This document shows, one piece after another, positions 1 to 9,936 of a stretch of DNA of 64,000 bases; the stretch's first letter is position 1, and every line of letters begins with the position of its first letter. Made by a program: the position numbers and the translations under genes. This DNA comes from a virus, in IMG/VR virus record IMGVR_UViG_3300017917_004998, positions 1 through 64,000 of that record, one strand, 5' to 3'. Below the pieces are notes generated by a model. The model saw nothing but the letters and a program-made list of their open reading frames with translations, made no database searches and was not told the origin of the DNA.

Positions 1-1
1 A

Positions 2-151
2 CTTGATATGTTTGAAAGATGGAAGATTGCAGATTTGACCCCTAATATGATGGAGATTGATTATTGTAATAAATTATGTGATGAACATAATGTTCCAACA
101 AAACTAATTACTGTAACATATAACAGCGAATCTAACGAATTTTATGAGTAA
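2..151 (+). CDS. 3' end of a family-A paralog (runs off window start)
   Basis: Frame 2 reads ...NVPTKLITVTYNSESNEFYE*, the same C-terminus as 325..699, 692..1090 and 2879..3268. Confidence 0.85.
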   Translation, partial: LDMFERWKIADLTPNMMEIDYCNKLCDEHNVPTKLITVTYNSESNEFYE

Positions 152-332
152 TCATCCATTAAATAACACGTTAATAAATCTTAAAGAATTCAGAGATGAG
201 TTATCAGGATACAGTACACCGCAATCAGACGAAGGATGGTCATTATCTAACTTACCGGATCATTTTTGGGAAACTTTAGGAGAAGTAATCAATGATATTG
301 AATTGCACATAGAGAAAAATAAAGATGAGTAA
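144..332 (+). CDS. hypothetical protein
   Basis: 62 aa ORF, ATGA-type overlaps with both neighbours. Confidence 0.75.
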   Translation: MSNHPLNNTLINLKEFRDELSGYSTPQSDEGWSLSNLPDHFWETLGEVINDIELHIEKNKDE

Positions 333-699
333 AGAAAGATACAATCAGATTGTTGATGATGCGTATGATAACTATTCTAAAGAATTTGAGAAAGATAATT
401 CTATTGGAATTACTTTACTAATAAAGAGAGTAGATAATAAATTAGTCTATAGAAAACCAGACAGAGAAACGTTTATTGGTTTATGTAAATATGACAAATC
501 ATTTTCTGAAAAGTGGGGACTGGAGATTGAGGAACGAGAACTTGATAGGTTTGAAAGATATGAACATTTAAGAACTCACAAATACAGTGGTAAATGGGAT
601 GGTATTGGGGATGCTATGGAATATTACAATTCTATTAATGTCCCAACCAAACTAATCACAGTAACATACAACAACGAAAAATTAGAAATTTATGAATAA
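325..699 (+). CDS. family-A paralog (KERYNQI...FSExWGLxIEEREL...PTKLITVTY)
   Basis: Three conserved blocks shared with neighbouring paralogs. Confidence 0.85.
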   Translation: MSKERYNQIVDDAYDNYSKEFEKDNSIGITLLIKRVDNKLVYRKPDRETFIGLCKYDKSFSEKWGLEIEERELDRFERYEHLRTHKYSGKWDGIGDAMEYYNSINVPTKLITVTYNNEKLEIYE

Positions 700-1090
700 A
701 GAAAGATATAACCAGATTGCTGATGAGGTCTTCAAAAAATATGCGGACAGTCATTGGACTCCACCAGAAAATCCCGATGGACCTTTGTTGTCAGGTAAAT
801 TGTGGTCACTAAAACCCATGCAACACTCAAAAGAAACTTTTATTAATGAGTGTAAAATAGATAAAGAATTCTCTGAAAGGTGGGGATTGAAGATTGAAGA
901 ACGAGAGTTGAGTTTAGATGAGAGAAATGAGTTATTAAATAAAGTATTAAACCGTAATCACAAAAGAAAAGACTGCTTTAGTGATAAGGAATTTGAAACA
1001 GAAACACTAAAAGACGCTAACTCCTTTAATATTCCAGCCAAACTAATCACAGTAACATACGAAGACGAAACAATTGAAATTTACGAATAA
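692..1090 (+). CDS. family-A paralog
   Basis: Same conserved blocks. Confidence 0.85.
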   Translation: MNKERYNQIADEVFKKYADSHWTPPENPDGPLLSGKLWSLKPMQHSKETFINECKIDKEFSERWGLKIEERELSLDERNELLNKVLNRNHKRKDCFSDKEFETETLKDANSFNIPAKLITVTYEDETIEIYE

Positions 1091-1469
1091 AGCAAGATAC
1101 AATCAGATTGCCGATAAATCGGTTGAACACCTAACCTCACAAATCAACAAAGATCTAATTCACACAATCATGCAAGACCAAATAGAAAAATTAGAAGCTG
1201 AAATCAAACAAAAGAGGGCAGAGCTTGAGGCTCTACTACGAGCAAAGAGCTCAACGTGTATCGTGCCACTCAGAGAATTCTCAGTCGAAGAAAAGTGCGA
1301 AGCCTTTAATAAGCTTTATACACAAGCACACAACGTCTACGAAAATACCAAGAATTCAGGCTGGTGGGATGAGGACGAAGAGCATTATGCATTCGAATCT
1401 ATGATGGGGATCCTAACTAGAGACCGTCAAGAATTTTGGAAATATTATAACTCTCTAAAAACAAAATAA
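1074..1469 (+). CDS. hypothetical protein preceded by a degenerate family-A N-terminus; start uncertain
   Basis: NKARYNQIAD block present but the usual ATG is ACG; remainder unrelated to family A. Confidence 0.65.
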   Translation: MKFTNKARYNQIADKSVEHLTSQINKDLIHTIMQDQIEKLEAEIKQKRAELEALLRAKSSTCIVPLREFSVEEKCEAFNKLYTQAHNVYENTKNSGWWDEDEEHYAFESMMGILTRDRQEFWKYYNSLKTK

Positions 1470-1523
1470 AATGAAACAAGATTTAAGAATTAAAGAGTAT
1501 AATTTTAAAGTAACCACTATAGT

Positions 1524-2000
1524 ATGACAGTATTAGATATTTTAAGAGAAAGATTACTCGGAAGAAAAATCTTAGTTCATGAGTTTGATTTTATCTTAGA
1601 TAAAAAAAATCCTCCAAGTAAAAGATATTCTGTTGATAGATCACATCGGGGTTTGGATCCAAACGATAAAAGATTGAAATACATTGGAGAGAGTTACCGG
1701 ACGGTTGTTTTAATCAATTCTGATTTCTATGGTAATGATGAGTACCAAATCAATGTTTATATTGATGGGGGATCCCCAGAAACAAAGGAATGCGTGGTGT
1801 CAGATTTTACAATTCTTAGCGAAATTGTAATTAAAGAGGAAAATTATATAGGACTTATCTTAGATGAAAGTAACGACTACTACATTATTGGTCATAGACA
1901 AACATCTGATTTACAATCAATCAAAGAGTGGAAAGAAGAAATGTTGCAATGTAATGATACTATGGACTGTAAAATATTAAAAGTTGAAGAAATAAAATAG
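1524..2000 (+). CDS. hypothetical protein
   Basis: 158 aa ORF colinear with neighbours. Confidence 0.75.
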   Translation: MTVLDILRERLLGRKILVHEFDFILDKKNPPSKRYSVDRSHRGLDPNDKRLKYIGESYRTVVLINSDFYGNDEYQINVYIDGGSPETKECVVSDFTILSEIVIKEENYIGLILDESNDYYIIGHRQTSDLQSIKEWKEEMLQCNDTMDCKILKVEEIK

Positions 2001-2019
2001 ACCCGTATATTATTAAACT

Positions 2020-2886
2020 ATGAAAGATCCACTAGGCGACCGCATGAAGGACTTCTACGAAGACCGAACCCGTTACAAGTTGGCACGTCGCACCAACACA
2101 ATCATCCGCATCGACGGAAAATCATTCCACACATACACTAAAGGACTTAAGCGTCCATTTGATGAAGGTCTGATGGAAGATATGAACAAGACAACCGAGT
2201 ACTTATGTCAGAATACCCAAGGTGCAAAATTTGGATATGTTCAATCGGATGAGATTTCTATCCTCATCACCGATTACGATGCCATCGACACCCATGCTTG
2301 GTTTGACGGTAACTTACAGAAGATGGCGAGTATCGCTGCTTCATTGGCAACTGCAAAGTTCAATCAATTACGAATGGCTAGACTTGCTGAAGATGGTTGC
2401 GAAAGCTCAAATGGCTTAGCTAGTGGTTTATTAAACTCTGATGATGTAAATAATTTCAAACTTGCAATGTTCGATGCTCGAGTATTCCAAATCCCTTACC
2501 AAGAAGAAGTTATCAACTACTTCATCTGGCGTCAGCAAGATGCTACCAGAAACTCGATCTCTTCCGTTGCTCAAAGTTTGTATTCTGCAAAAGAATTGCA
2601 CGGTAAGAAAACATCTGATATGCAGGAGATGATCTTTCAAAAAGGAATCAACTGGAACGATTTTACGCCTCGCGAAAAACGGGGAAGTATTATTCGTAAA
2701 GTAGAAAAGACTTTTAAAAAACCTGCGCATTGGGCTCATGGTGAAGGTGTATTTGACTCGAAATTTACTAGATCAAAATGGGAAGATGATCCAGAGACAC
2801 CGGTCTTCTCTCAATCAAAGGGTTATCTTCGTTGGTTAATGCCCCAAGCACCTGACAATAACAAAACAATTGAATTCCATGAGTAA
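2020..2886 (+). CDS. thg1: tRNA(His) guanylyltransferase Thg1 / Thg1-like 3'-5' polymerase
   Basis: IIRIDGKSFHTYT, GYVQSDEISIL, FDARVF and YFIWRQQDATRNSI motifs. Confidence 0.93.
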   Translation: MKDPLGDRMKDFYEDRTRYKLARRTNTIIRIDGKSFHTYTKGLKRPFDEGLMEDMNKTTEYLCQNTQGAKFGYVQSDEISILITDYDAIDTHAWFDGNLQKMASIAASLATAKFNQLRMARLAEDGCESSNGLASGLLNSDDVNNFKLAMFDARVFQIPYQEEVINYFIWRQQDATRNSISSVAQSLYSAKELHGKKTSDMQEMIFQKGINWNDFTPREKRGSIIRKVEKTFKKPAHWAHGEGVFDSKFTRSKWEDDPETPVFSQSKGYLRWLMPQAPDNNKTIEFHE

Positions 2887-3268
2887 AGAAAGATACAATC
2901 AGATTATTGATGAGGTTTATGTGGACTACATGAAAGAAACTGATAAACTTGATTTGTGGAAAATAGAAAATTCACATTTAGTTGAGGTAACAGGTCCTAT
3001 ATACAATGCAAGGCCTAGACAATTTACAAAAGAAGAATTCATCGACAAATGTAAAACAGATAAAAGATTCTCTGAATATTGGGGATTGAAGATTGAAGAA
3101 CAAGAGCTGAGCCATGATGAAAGAATTATTTTAATGAATAAAAAATTAGGAGTTACTGACACTTTACCTCAATATTATAATACTGACGATGAAATGGATA
3201 AAAATAATGTTCCAACCAAACTACTCACAGTATCATACAACGACGAAAAAATTGAAGTTTATGAGTAA
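2879..3268 (+). CDS. family-A paralog
   Basis: MSKERYNQI...FSEYWGLKIEEQEL...NVPTKLLTVSY; ATG at 2879 overlaps the thg1 stop. Confidence 0.85.
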   Translation: MSKERYNQIIDEVYVDYMKETDKLDLWKIENSHLVEVTGPIYNARPRQFTKEEFIDKCKTDKRFSEYWGLKIEEQELSHDERIILMNKKLGVTDTLPQYYNTDDEMDKNNVPTKLLTVSYNDEKIEVYE

Positions 3269-3680
3269 TCTAGGTCGGCCAGATTACCAGCAGATAGCAT
3301 CCAATTACGGAATTACTGTTCACAAAGTGGAAGTAGGAGACGAAACGTGGAATGAAAGTGGCAGCGTTCACCTCAATCGTTCTTTTTGTGGCGGAAGAGA
3401 CGAGATCGTCATCGGAGTTTATGAAGATATTGATTGGGAAATTGCTTCTTTTTTTCATGAGCTTGGGCATTGCATTACTACTAATACCTTCGAGGGAGAT
3501 TATCTTAAGTTTCATATTGAGTTAGATGCTTGGATGGTTGGTCTACAAGAAGCATACAAGTATGGTTACGTAATTCAGCCATCAACCTTAAAGTTTATGA
3601 TAGAGTGTCTCGAAAGCTATATCGGTTGGGAAGAACGGGAAGTGAGGGGTTACAAAAATGAAAAATGGAGATTGCACTAA
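3261..3680 (+). CDS. putative zinc metallopeptidase-like protein (HExxH)
   Basis: FFHELGHC motif with downstream ELDAW; ATG at 3261 overlaps the upstream stop. Confidence 0.6.
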   Translation: MSNLGRPDYQQIASNYGITVHKVEVGDETWNESGSVHLNRSFCGGRDEIVIGVYEDIDWEIASFFHELGHCITTNTFEGDYLKFHIELDAWMVGLQEAYKYGYVIQPSTLKFMIECLESYIGWEEREVRGYKNEKWRLH

Positions 3681-3704
3681 ATTTATAAATTTAAACACAC
3701 AAAA

Positions 3705-4229
3705 ATGGGTATGAGAATGGCAAAAGCACCACAAGAACACGTGGATACTTTAAGGAGATGGATGCAGTTCAACGACGAATTGTGTAAAATCGATCCAACT
3801 AATGAATTTGAGTGGAATGGGTTTAAAGAAGATTGGGAAGACGAAGAGGATTTTGTTAAAATCATAAAGCATTGTGAGGATGACCGAGGTTTTACCTGGG
3901 ATTACTTTATGGATTACTATCAATCAAATATCTCTTGGATTCATATGAGAGTAATCTTAGGTTTCGAAGTGATGGTTGACAATGTTTGTGATCCAGATCT
4001 TGACTATCTTGAGTTTAAACCCGAAATAAAGAAATTTTTGGGAAACGAACCCATTGTTAAATTCAAAGCTAAGCGAATCGATACTGGTGATTGGGTTACT
4101 GGATTTTTCACAAAGAAAAAAGTTGGTAGATTAATAGTTCCGGTCATCGAGGTTTACAAGGAATGGGATAATGGGGATTATATGGAGACATACGAAATTG
4201 ATGGAGCAACTCTAACTTATGCAGATTAA
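3705..4229 (+). CDS. hypothetical protein
   Basis: 174 aa ORF. Confidence 0.75.
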   Translation: MGMRMAKAPQEHVDTLRRWMQFNDELCKIDPTNEFEWNGFKEDWEDEEDFVKIIKHCEDDRGFTWDYFMDYYQSNISWIHMRVILGFEVMVDNVCDPDLDYLEFKPEIKKFLGNEPIVKFKAKRIDTGDWVTGFFTKKKVGRLIVPVIEVYKEWDNGDYMETYEIDGATLTYAD

Positions 4230-4232
4230 GAT

Positions 4233-5047
4233 ATGAAACTACTACAGATAATTAAAAATGCTTTTTCGCTGAGAATGGTTTGCTCTATTTTTAATAATGA
4301 TGCTCACGAAATTGTATCCAAACGAGGCAAAGAGATTTTGGAGAAACAGCAAAAAAGGTACACGTTTATCCCAAACGCAAAGACATCACGTACGCAATCT
4401 GATATGGTTGATATCATAATTGGAGTAAATGGAAAAAGACGAAGATATAAGTAAAATGAAAAAACTATTTTTATTTCTTCTAAGAAGGTACAGTAACACC
4501 GAAACTCAACGAATTGAGATTTATAAAGAGTTGTGGTACAACACCAAAGACCAATATAACGAACAAACTTCATTTGGTACTGTTTACAACATGAACACTG
4601 AAATGCTTATTGCTAATCCTTTCTTTGAAAGTAGAGTGATGCTGGGTCAAGACGAGCATTTAAGAATGCTGAAGCAAGGGTTGGCTAATTCGTTTGATCA
4701 AAGTGTAGAGTTTATTTTAAAAAACTGATAATATGAAACTAGGAGAATTTATACAAAACTTTAGTCACAATAACGTTGTTAGACTAATGTACAAAGAAAA
4801 GGGAGGAAACAGACTTGTCCTCGAAGATTGGAACGACGTTTCAATGGACCACGAGATTTTAAAATCTAGAGGAAAAAATCGGCACTACATCGACAACGAG
4901 GTGTTGGGACTAGCAACAATTCATTTTCGACCTGGAGTGGAGCACCACTACCCAGAGGCCTTAAATATCGTTATCGAAGAGTTAGAGAACCAGCCCTTTA
5001 TCGAGGAGGTCGTTGATGAGACCACTCACTACTCAGCAAGCTGCTGA
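4233..5047 (+). CDS. three small hypothetical proteins (4233..4454, 4456..4728, 4733..5047)
   Basis: Tightly packed same-strand ORFs. Confidence 0.7.
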
Positions 5048-5355
5048 TGAAACCAAAGGTTGTCCACTGCAAAAAGGAGGAGTTTGACGTTTACATAGGC
5101 AGGGGAATTCGGAACGGTGAGAAATCAAAGTGGGGAAATCCCTTTTCACACAAGGAAGGAACTCTTGCAGAATTTAAAGTGAGCTCAAGAAAAGAGGCAA
5201 TCCAAAAATTCGAAGAGTACCTTCTCTCCAACAAAAACCTAATGGATAGCTTAGAGGAACTTAGGGGAAAGGTCCTTGGGTGTTGGTGCAAGCCCAAATC
5301 ATGTCATGGAGATATCTTGCTTAAATATGCAAATCAGCCCAAGAGGTTATTTTAA
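5047..5355 (+). CDS. DUF4326-like protein
   Basis: DVYIGR...SKWGNPF...LRGKVLGCWCKPKSCHGDIL. Confidence 0.85.
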   Translation: MKPKVVHCKKEEFDVYIGRGIRNGEKSKWGNPFSHKEGTLAEFKVSSRKEAIQKFEEYLLSNKNLMDSLEELRGKVLGCWCKPKSCHGDILLKYANQPKRLF

Positions 5356-5369
5356 ACAATCAATATAAA

Positions 5370-6080
5370 ATGGAAAAATTACCGAATATTATTTTAGGAA
5401 ATAACAAAAACAAAGCTCCTCTTGGTTATCTGGGTATGCAAGAATCCTGGAATTCTTTTCAAGGATTTCTCAAAGAACAATGCTTTAAGTCCGGTGCTTT
5501 ATTAATTGATGGTCAGCCACATTTGAAAATATACGAAGATCCAACAAATGAGGACTCAGCTTTTCCAAATGTTTATTACGGAGCAAATGTCTTAATCAAG
5601 CCATCCACACAAGACAATGATCTTCTTGATCTATTGGATGATTTTGATGCTATGGGATTTAAAAAAAGCAGTAATGAATTTTTACTTGCAATACGAATTC
5701 AATCGGATTCTGTTGTATCTAGAGTATCACAGTCATATTACTCGGAGGTTTATCCTATAGAGTTACTAAGCAGATATAAAATAGATATTTCAATCTGTGA
5801 AGATCTTCAAGATCCGCATTTTAGCCAGATTCATTATTTTGGATCGCGTTTTGCCAGTCTACAAAAGAGAGAAACAATTCAATTCAAGTACATACTTAAC
5901 GTGGAACCAGGATCACCTTTATCTGAAGAAAGCCAAACCAACCACACAATCATGTTGAGCTCCAAAGAAATCTTTAAGAAACTGGAAGAGTGGGTAGTAG
6001 ATCTCGTTAAAATCCACATCGGAGAGATGCAAAGAACTTCAGAATCTGCTAACGGACTTGGGCGAGATTGGATTCGATAA
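5370..6080 (+). CDS. family-B paralog
   Basis: Internal DLLDLLDDFDAMGFKK block shared with 6274..6885 and 6928..7485. Confidence 0.75.
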   Translation: MEKLPNIILGNNKNKAPLGYLGMQESWNSFQGFLKEQCFKSGALLIDGQPHLKIYEDPTNEDSAFPNVYYGANVLIKPSTQDNDLLDLLDDFDAMGFKKSSNEFLLAIRIQSDSVVSRVSQSYYSEVYPIELLSRYKIDISICEDLQDPHFSQIHYFGSRFASLQKRETIQFKYILNVEPGSPLSEESQTNHTIMLSSKEIFKKLEEWVVDLVKIHIGEMQRTSESANGLGRDWIR

Positions 6081-6096
6081 ACCGGATATATAAGCT

Positions 6097-6216
6097 ATGC
6101 AAGAAATTTTTCAGGAAACTCCGGCCCCAGTTATTATTTCATGGGTAGTTTTAGGTCTATCCTTCTGTATTGGTTTGATCATGCTTGTAAAGCAGAACTC
6201 CAAACCAGAGGAATAA
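6097..6216 (+). CDS. 39 aa single-pass membrane microprotein
   Basis: MQEIFQETPAPVIISWVVLGLSFCIGLIMLVKQNSKPEE*, just after GATATATA at 6085. Confidence 0.55.
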   Translation: MQEIFQETPAPVIISWVVLGLSFCIGLIMLVKQNSKPEE

Positions 6217-6273
6217 TTTAAACCCGTCTGTGTTCATTTTTATTTTCCGTGGGATTTACATATATTTGAGATT

Positions 6274-6885
6274 ATGAACGAATTATCAACAGCCGCCGGT
6301 GGGGTAAGTATAAATTTAAAAATACCTGAGGGCGATCTAATAGTGTCTTCCAATGGTTCAACAACATTGATGAACACTATCGAAGATCCAAATCCTATGG
6401 GACTGATGAATAGAGTGTCGGTTTGGGATTATTTTTTTAAAACACTTGCCAGAAAGTCTTACAAGTTTAAAAGTTTGAAAATAGAAGATCGCCCAAAGAT
6501 TACAAATTATTACAACAGGCACAGATCACCACATAACGTTAGGTGCAGCATAAAAATGAGTGCAACTACCGCCAGCGAAGATCTTCAGAATCTGCTAACA
6601 GACTTGAACGAGATCGGATTTGATAAACCTGATCGCGTAATTTCATTTTTTATCAGAGTCTATTTACAATTAAATAGCTATAGCATGCATGGCGAAGCTT
6701 ACTTTATAGATATATTGTACTCAGAAAAAAATTCGACACTGAATTTTATTAAGACATTAACTGTGCCATTCACGGACTCGGAAGGATTAATGTCTACGAC
6801 TGATTACTATGAAGATACATCCAAAGAGGCACTCTTGATATTGGAGGAAGAACTTACTGGAATAATCGAAAATTTTAACATTTAA
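6274..6885 (+). CDS. family-B paralog
   Basis: SVWDYFFK...LLTDLNEIGFDK...AYFIDI blocks. Confidence 0.8.
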   Translation: MNELSTAAGGVSINLKIPEGDLIVSSNGSTTLMNTIEDPNPMGLMNRVSVWDYFFKTLARKSYKFKSLKIEDRPKITNYYNRHRSPHNVRCSIKMSATTASEDLQNLLTDLNEIGFDKPDRVISFFIRVYLQLNSYSMHGEAYFIDILYSEKNSTLNFIKTLTVPFTDSEGLMSTTDYYEDTSKEALLILEEELTGIIENFNI

Positions 6886-6927
6886 ACTTCCGTTTTTGTC
6901 CCTGCAATTTCTTTTAAATTCGAGATC

Positions 6928-7485
6928 GTGATAAAATTTCAGCCATCTTCATACGAGCAACACGCAGGTTTAGAAATAGGTAACGAATCACTAGGACTTC
7001 TTTTAAGCCCATCCGTTTGGGATTATTTTTTTAAAGATTTTGTTAGAAAGAACACTAAATTTGGTCTTTTGAATCTGGAGAAAGCTCCATATTTAAGAGG
7101 GTCTACAGGGCCTAATAAAGTCGGGTGCGATGTCAGGGTCGACATAATAATTAACCCAAACACCGATGACCAGGAACTCCTGGATTTACTTACAGATCTG
7201 TCAGAAATTGGATTTAACAAAAAGGAACCCATAATTTCATTTCTTATAGAAATCTGCACATTTAATCTTGTAAAGAATGAATCGGAACGTGCATATTACA
7301 TAGATGTAAGCAGATCAAATAAAAATAGAAATTTTGTCATTCACTATAAAGAAGTTCTCCCGCTTGTTTCGTACGAATCCAGATTGTCTGACTTGGATTA
7401 CTTTGAGAACTCATCAAAAAATGCTTTTCTGGTGATAGAGGGACTACTCGAAAAAGCCATCGAGGGTTATATGAGAGAAAAATAG
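6928..7485 (+). CDS. family-B paralog
   Basis: SVWDYFFK...LLTDLSEIGFNK...AYYIDV blocks. Confidence 0.8.
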   Translation: MIKFQPSSYEQHAGLEIGNESLGLLLSPSVWDYFFKDFVRKNTKFGLLNLEKAPYLRGSTGPNKVGCDVRVDIIINPNTDDQELLDLLTDLSEIGFNKKEPIISFLIEICTFNLVKNESERAYYIDVSRSNKNRNFVIHYKEVLPLVSYESRLSDLDYFENSSKNAFLVIEGLLEKAIEGYMREK

Positions 7486-7565
7486 AAATCAATCTCGATA
7501 GATCTGTTCTTATATCGAGATTTGTTTTAACTTGGATCTTTCACATCGCCGATCCTATGTGTGCA

Positions 7566-8438
7566 TTAGAACCCAATATCTCCAAGATTCCCGACAAGAT
7601 CTGCATCAGATTCATATCCTTTAGGCCAAATCAATTTGGACCTGATGTCTTTAAAGTCCACATCGTTCCAAAGAGGCTTTAAAACTATCGCCATCTTACC
7701 TGGATCCATTTCAATCTCTTTATTCAGGTCTTCCACAGGAATGAGTGGTGCAATCAATTGTTTCGTTTCCAAATTTCCGCTTTTAAAAAGTGTCAGCAGT
7801 TTTTCTTGACTCCATCCACCCAGAGCAACTTCAAAAGCATCGCATCTGAAAGGACCTCCAATTCTTTTAGGTGCTCCTGCTAGAGATGAGAGTGTATTTG
7901 CATTACAAAAGAAACCTTTTCCAACCTCTATAGGTCCTCCAGCAAGAGAATTAATGTTGGTGAAAGTGCAAGAAAAATTTCCTCCAACTTTCTTTGGAGA
8001 TCCTGCTAATGTAGAAACACTGCTATGTGAACACGAAAAATCCCCACCAACCTCCTCTGGTGCTCCGTCAAGACTTGTAAGGGAATTATGGTTGCAATAA
8101 AAATTTCTACCAACCTTTTTCGGACCTCCAATTAGTGAGGTTAGTTGATTGGAATCGCACTGAAAATTATTCCCAACCTCTTTGGGTGCTCCGTCAAGTG
8201 AAGTCAGAAGATTGTACCCACATTCGAAATTGCCACTAACCTTACCAAACTTTATTCCACGTAGATCCCCTATCTCATGACTCGAAAAAGAAACATTTCC
8301 TCTGACATCGACTAGACCTGTCGAAGGATCGAATGACCATTTTCCATCTACCCACTTGTTCAGAAATTCTTTCTGCTCATTGGTGAGATCACTCCGATCT
8401 TGTGATTCAAATACCTTATATGGCTTAATGTGTTTCAT
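7566..8438 (-). CDS. leucine-rich-repeat protein (22-aa LxSLxGAPxxVGGxFxCxxN repeats), tandem copy 6
   Basis: About 6 repeats; N-term MKHIKPYKVFES, C-term GNLGDIGF. Confidence 0.88.
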   Translation of the reverse strand: MKHIKPYKVFESQDRSDLTNEQKEFLNKWVDGKWSFDPSTGLVDVRGNVSFSSHEIGDLRGIKFGKVSGNFECGYNLLTSLDGAPKEVGNNFQCDSNQLTSLIGGPKKVGRNFYCNHNSLTSLDGAPEEVGGDFSCSHSSVSTLAGSPKKVGGNFSCTFTNINSLAGGPIEVGKGFFCNANTLSSLAGAPKRIGGPFRCDAFEVALGGWSQEKLLTLFKSGNLETKQLIAPLIPVEDLNKEIEMDPGKMAIVLKPLWNDVDFKDIRSKLIWPKGYESDADLVGNLGDIGF

Positions 8439-8441
8439 AAT

Positions 8442-9182
8442 TTAAAATCCTATATTATCTAGATCTCCGGCAAGATCTGCATCGTCTACATACCCTTTAG
8501 GCCAGACAAGCTTTCCTCTGATTTCCTTAAAATCCCCATCGTTCCAGACTGGCTTGAGTTTCATAATCATACCTGCGGGATCTTTAGAAATCCATTTATT
8601 AAGTTCTTCAGCAGAGAAGATGGTAGAGATAAGAGATTGTGCTTCCGAACTTCCCTCCTGCAGCACCTTTAACCAGCCCTTCGGGTTCCATTCTCCCTCC
8701 TTGAGTTCAAATGCATTACATTTGAAATTCTCCACCACCTCTTGTGGTGCTCCTGAAAGGCTTGTGAGGTTGTTGCCAGAACAATAAAAACTCCCACCAA
8801 CCTCTTGTGGTGCTCCTTCAAGGCTTGTGAGGTTGTTGTCAGAACAATAGAAACTCCCACCCACCTCTTGTGGTGCTTCTGAAAGGCTTGTGAGGTTGTT
8901 GCCAGAACAATAAAAACTCCAACCCACCTCTTGTGGTGCTCCTTCAAGGCTTGTGAGTTTGTTGCTCGAACAACCGAAATACTCACTCATCTTCCCGAAC
9001 TTGACACCTTTAAAGTCTTCCAGTCCCTCTCCAAGACAATCAAAACTGCCTTCCACACTCACCAATCCAGTAGCAGGATCATAAGACCAGGTACCCTTTG
9101 TGAACTCGTTCAAGAATGCTTCCTGTTCTGGAGTTAGTCCGATCTTGGCTTCAAATACCTTATATGACTTAATGTGTTTCAT
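8442..9182 (-). CDS. LRR protein, tandem copy 5
   Basis: Near-identical 66-nt repeats; C-term GDLDNIGF. Confidence 0.88.
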   Translation of the reverse strand: MKHIKSYKVFEAKIGLTPEQEAFLNEFTKGTWSYDPATGLVSVEGSFDCLGEGLEDFKGVKFGKMSEYFGCSSNKLTSLEGAPQEVGWSFYCSGNNLTSLSEAPQEVGGSFYCSDNNLTSLEGAPQEVGGSFYCSGNNLTSLSGAPQEVVENFKCNAFELKEGEWNPKGWLKVLQEGSSEAQSLISTIFSAEELNKWISKDPAGMIMKLKPVWNDGDFKEIRGKLVWPKGYVDDADLAGDLDNIGF

Positions 9183-9185
9183 AAT

Positions 9186-9932
9186 TTAAAATCCTATATT
9201 ACCTAAATCTCCGACAAGATCCATTTCTTTTTCGTATCCCTTAGGCCAAACAAGTCTAGATCTTATTTCCTTGAATGCTTCTGAATTCCAAACACCCTTG
9301 AGCATCATTGCCATGCCTGCAGGATCCTTGGCAATCCTCTTGTTGATCTCCTCCGGGCTCACGAAAGGAAGAATCAGTTGTTTGGCTTCAGCGGAGCCGT
9401 TATCAAGCAATTCGAGCCAGCCTTCCATGTTCCACGTACCCATTTGCAATCTAAATGCATCGCAGATAAACATGCCACCAACCTTTTCAGGTGCTCCGTC
9501 AAGGCTTTTCAAAGGATTATCAGAGCAGCTAAATGCACCACCGACTTCCTTCGGTGCTCCCTCCAGGGAGGTCAGGTTGTTTCTGCTGCAGCCGTAAGCT
9601 CCTCTAACTCGCTTTGGTCCACCCACAAGACTTGTCAACCTGTTGTCAAAACAGGAGAAAGTTCCCGAAACTTCTTGTGGTGCCCCTTCAAGACTCACAA
9701 GTCTATTATGTGAACAGTCGAAGGTGCCACTGACTTTTCCAAATCTAACACCAAAAAAGTGTTCAATGCCTTTTCGCTCACAATTGAAATTTCCATTCAA
9801 GTCCACCAGGCCAGTGTTGTGATCGAAGACCCAAAATCCATTCGTGTATTTGGTCAAAAATTTCCTCTGCAACCCGTCCAGTTCATTCCTTTCATTAGAT
9901 TCGAACAAGCTATACTCCTTTAAGTGCTTCAT
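9186..9932 (-). CDS. LRR protein, tandem copy 4
   Basis: Same architecture; C-term GDLGNIGF. Confidence 0.88.
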   Translation of the reverse strand: MKHLKEYSLFESNERNELDGLQRKFLTKYTNGFWVFDHNTGLVDLNGNFNCERKGIEHFFGVRFGKVSGTFDCSHNRLVSLEGAPQEVSGTFSCFDNRLTSLVGGPKRVRGAYGCSRNNLTSLEGAPKEVGGAFSCSDNPLKSLDGAPEKVGGMFICDAFRLQMGTWNMEGWLELLDNGSAEAKQLILPFVSPEEINKRIAKDPAGMAMMLKGVWNSEAFKEIRSRLVWPKGYEKEMDLVGDLGNIGF

Positions 9933-9936
9933 CTTT

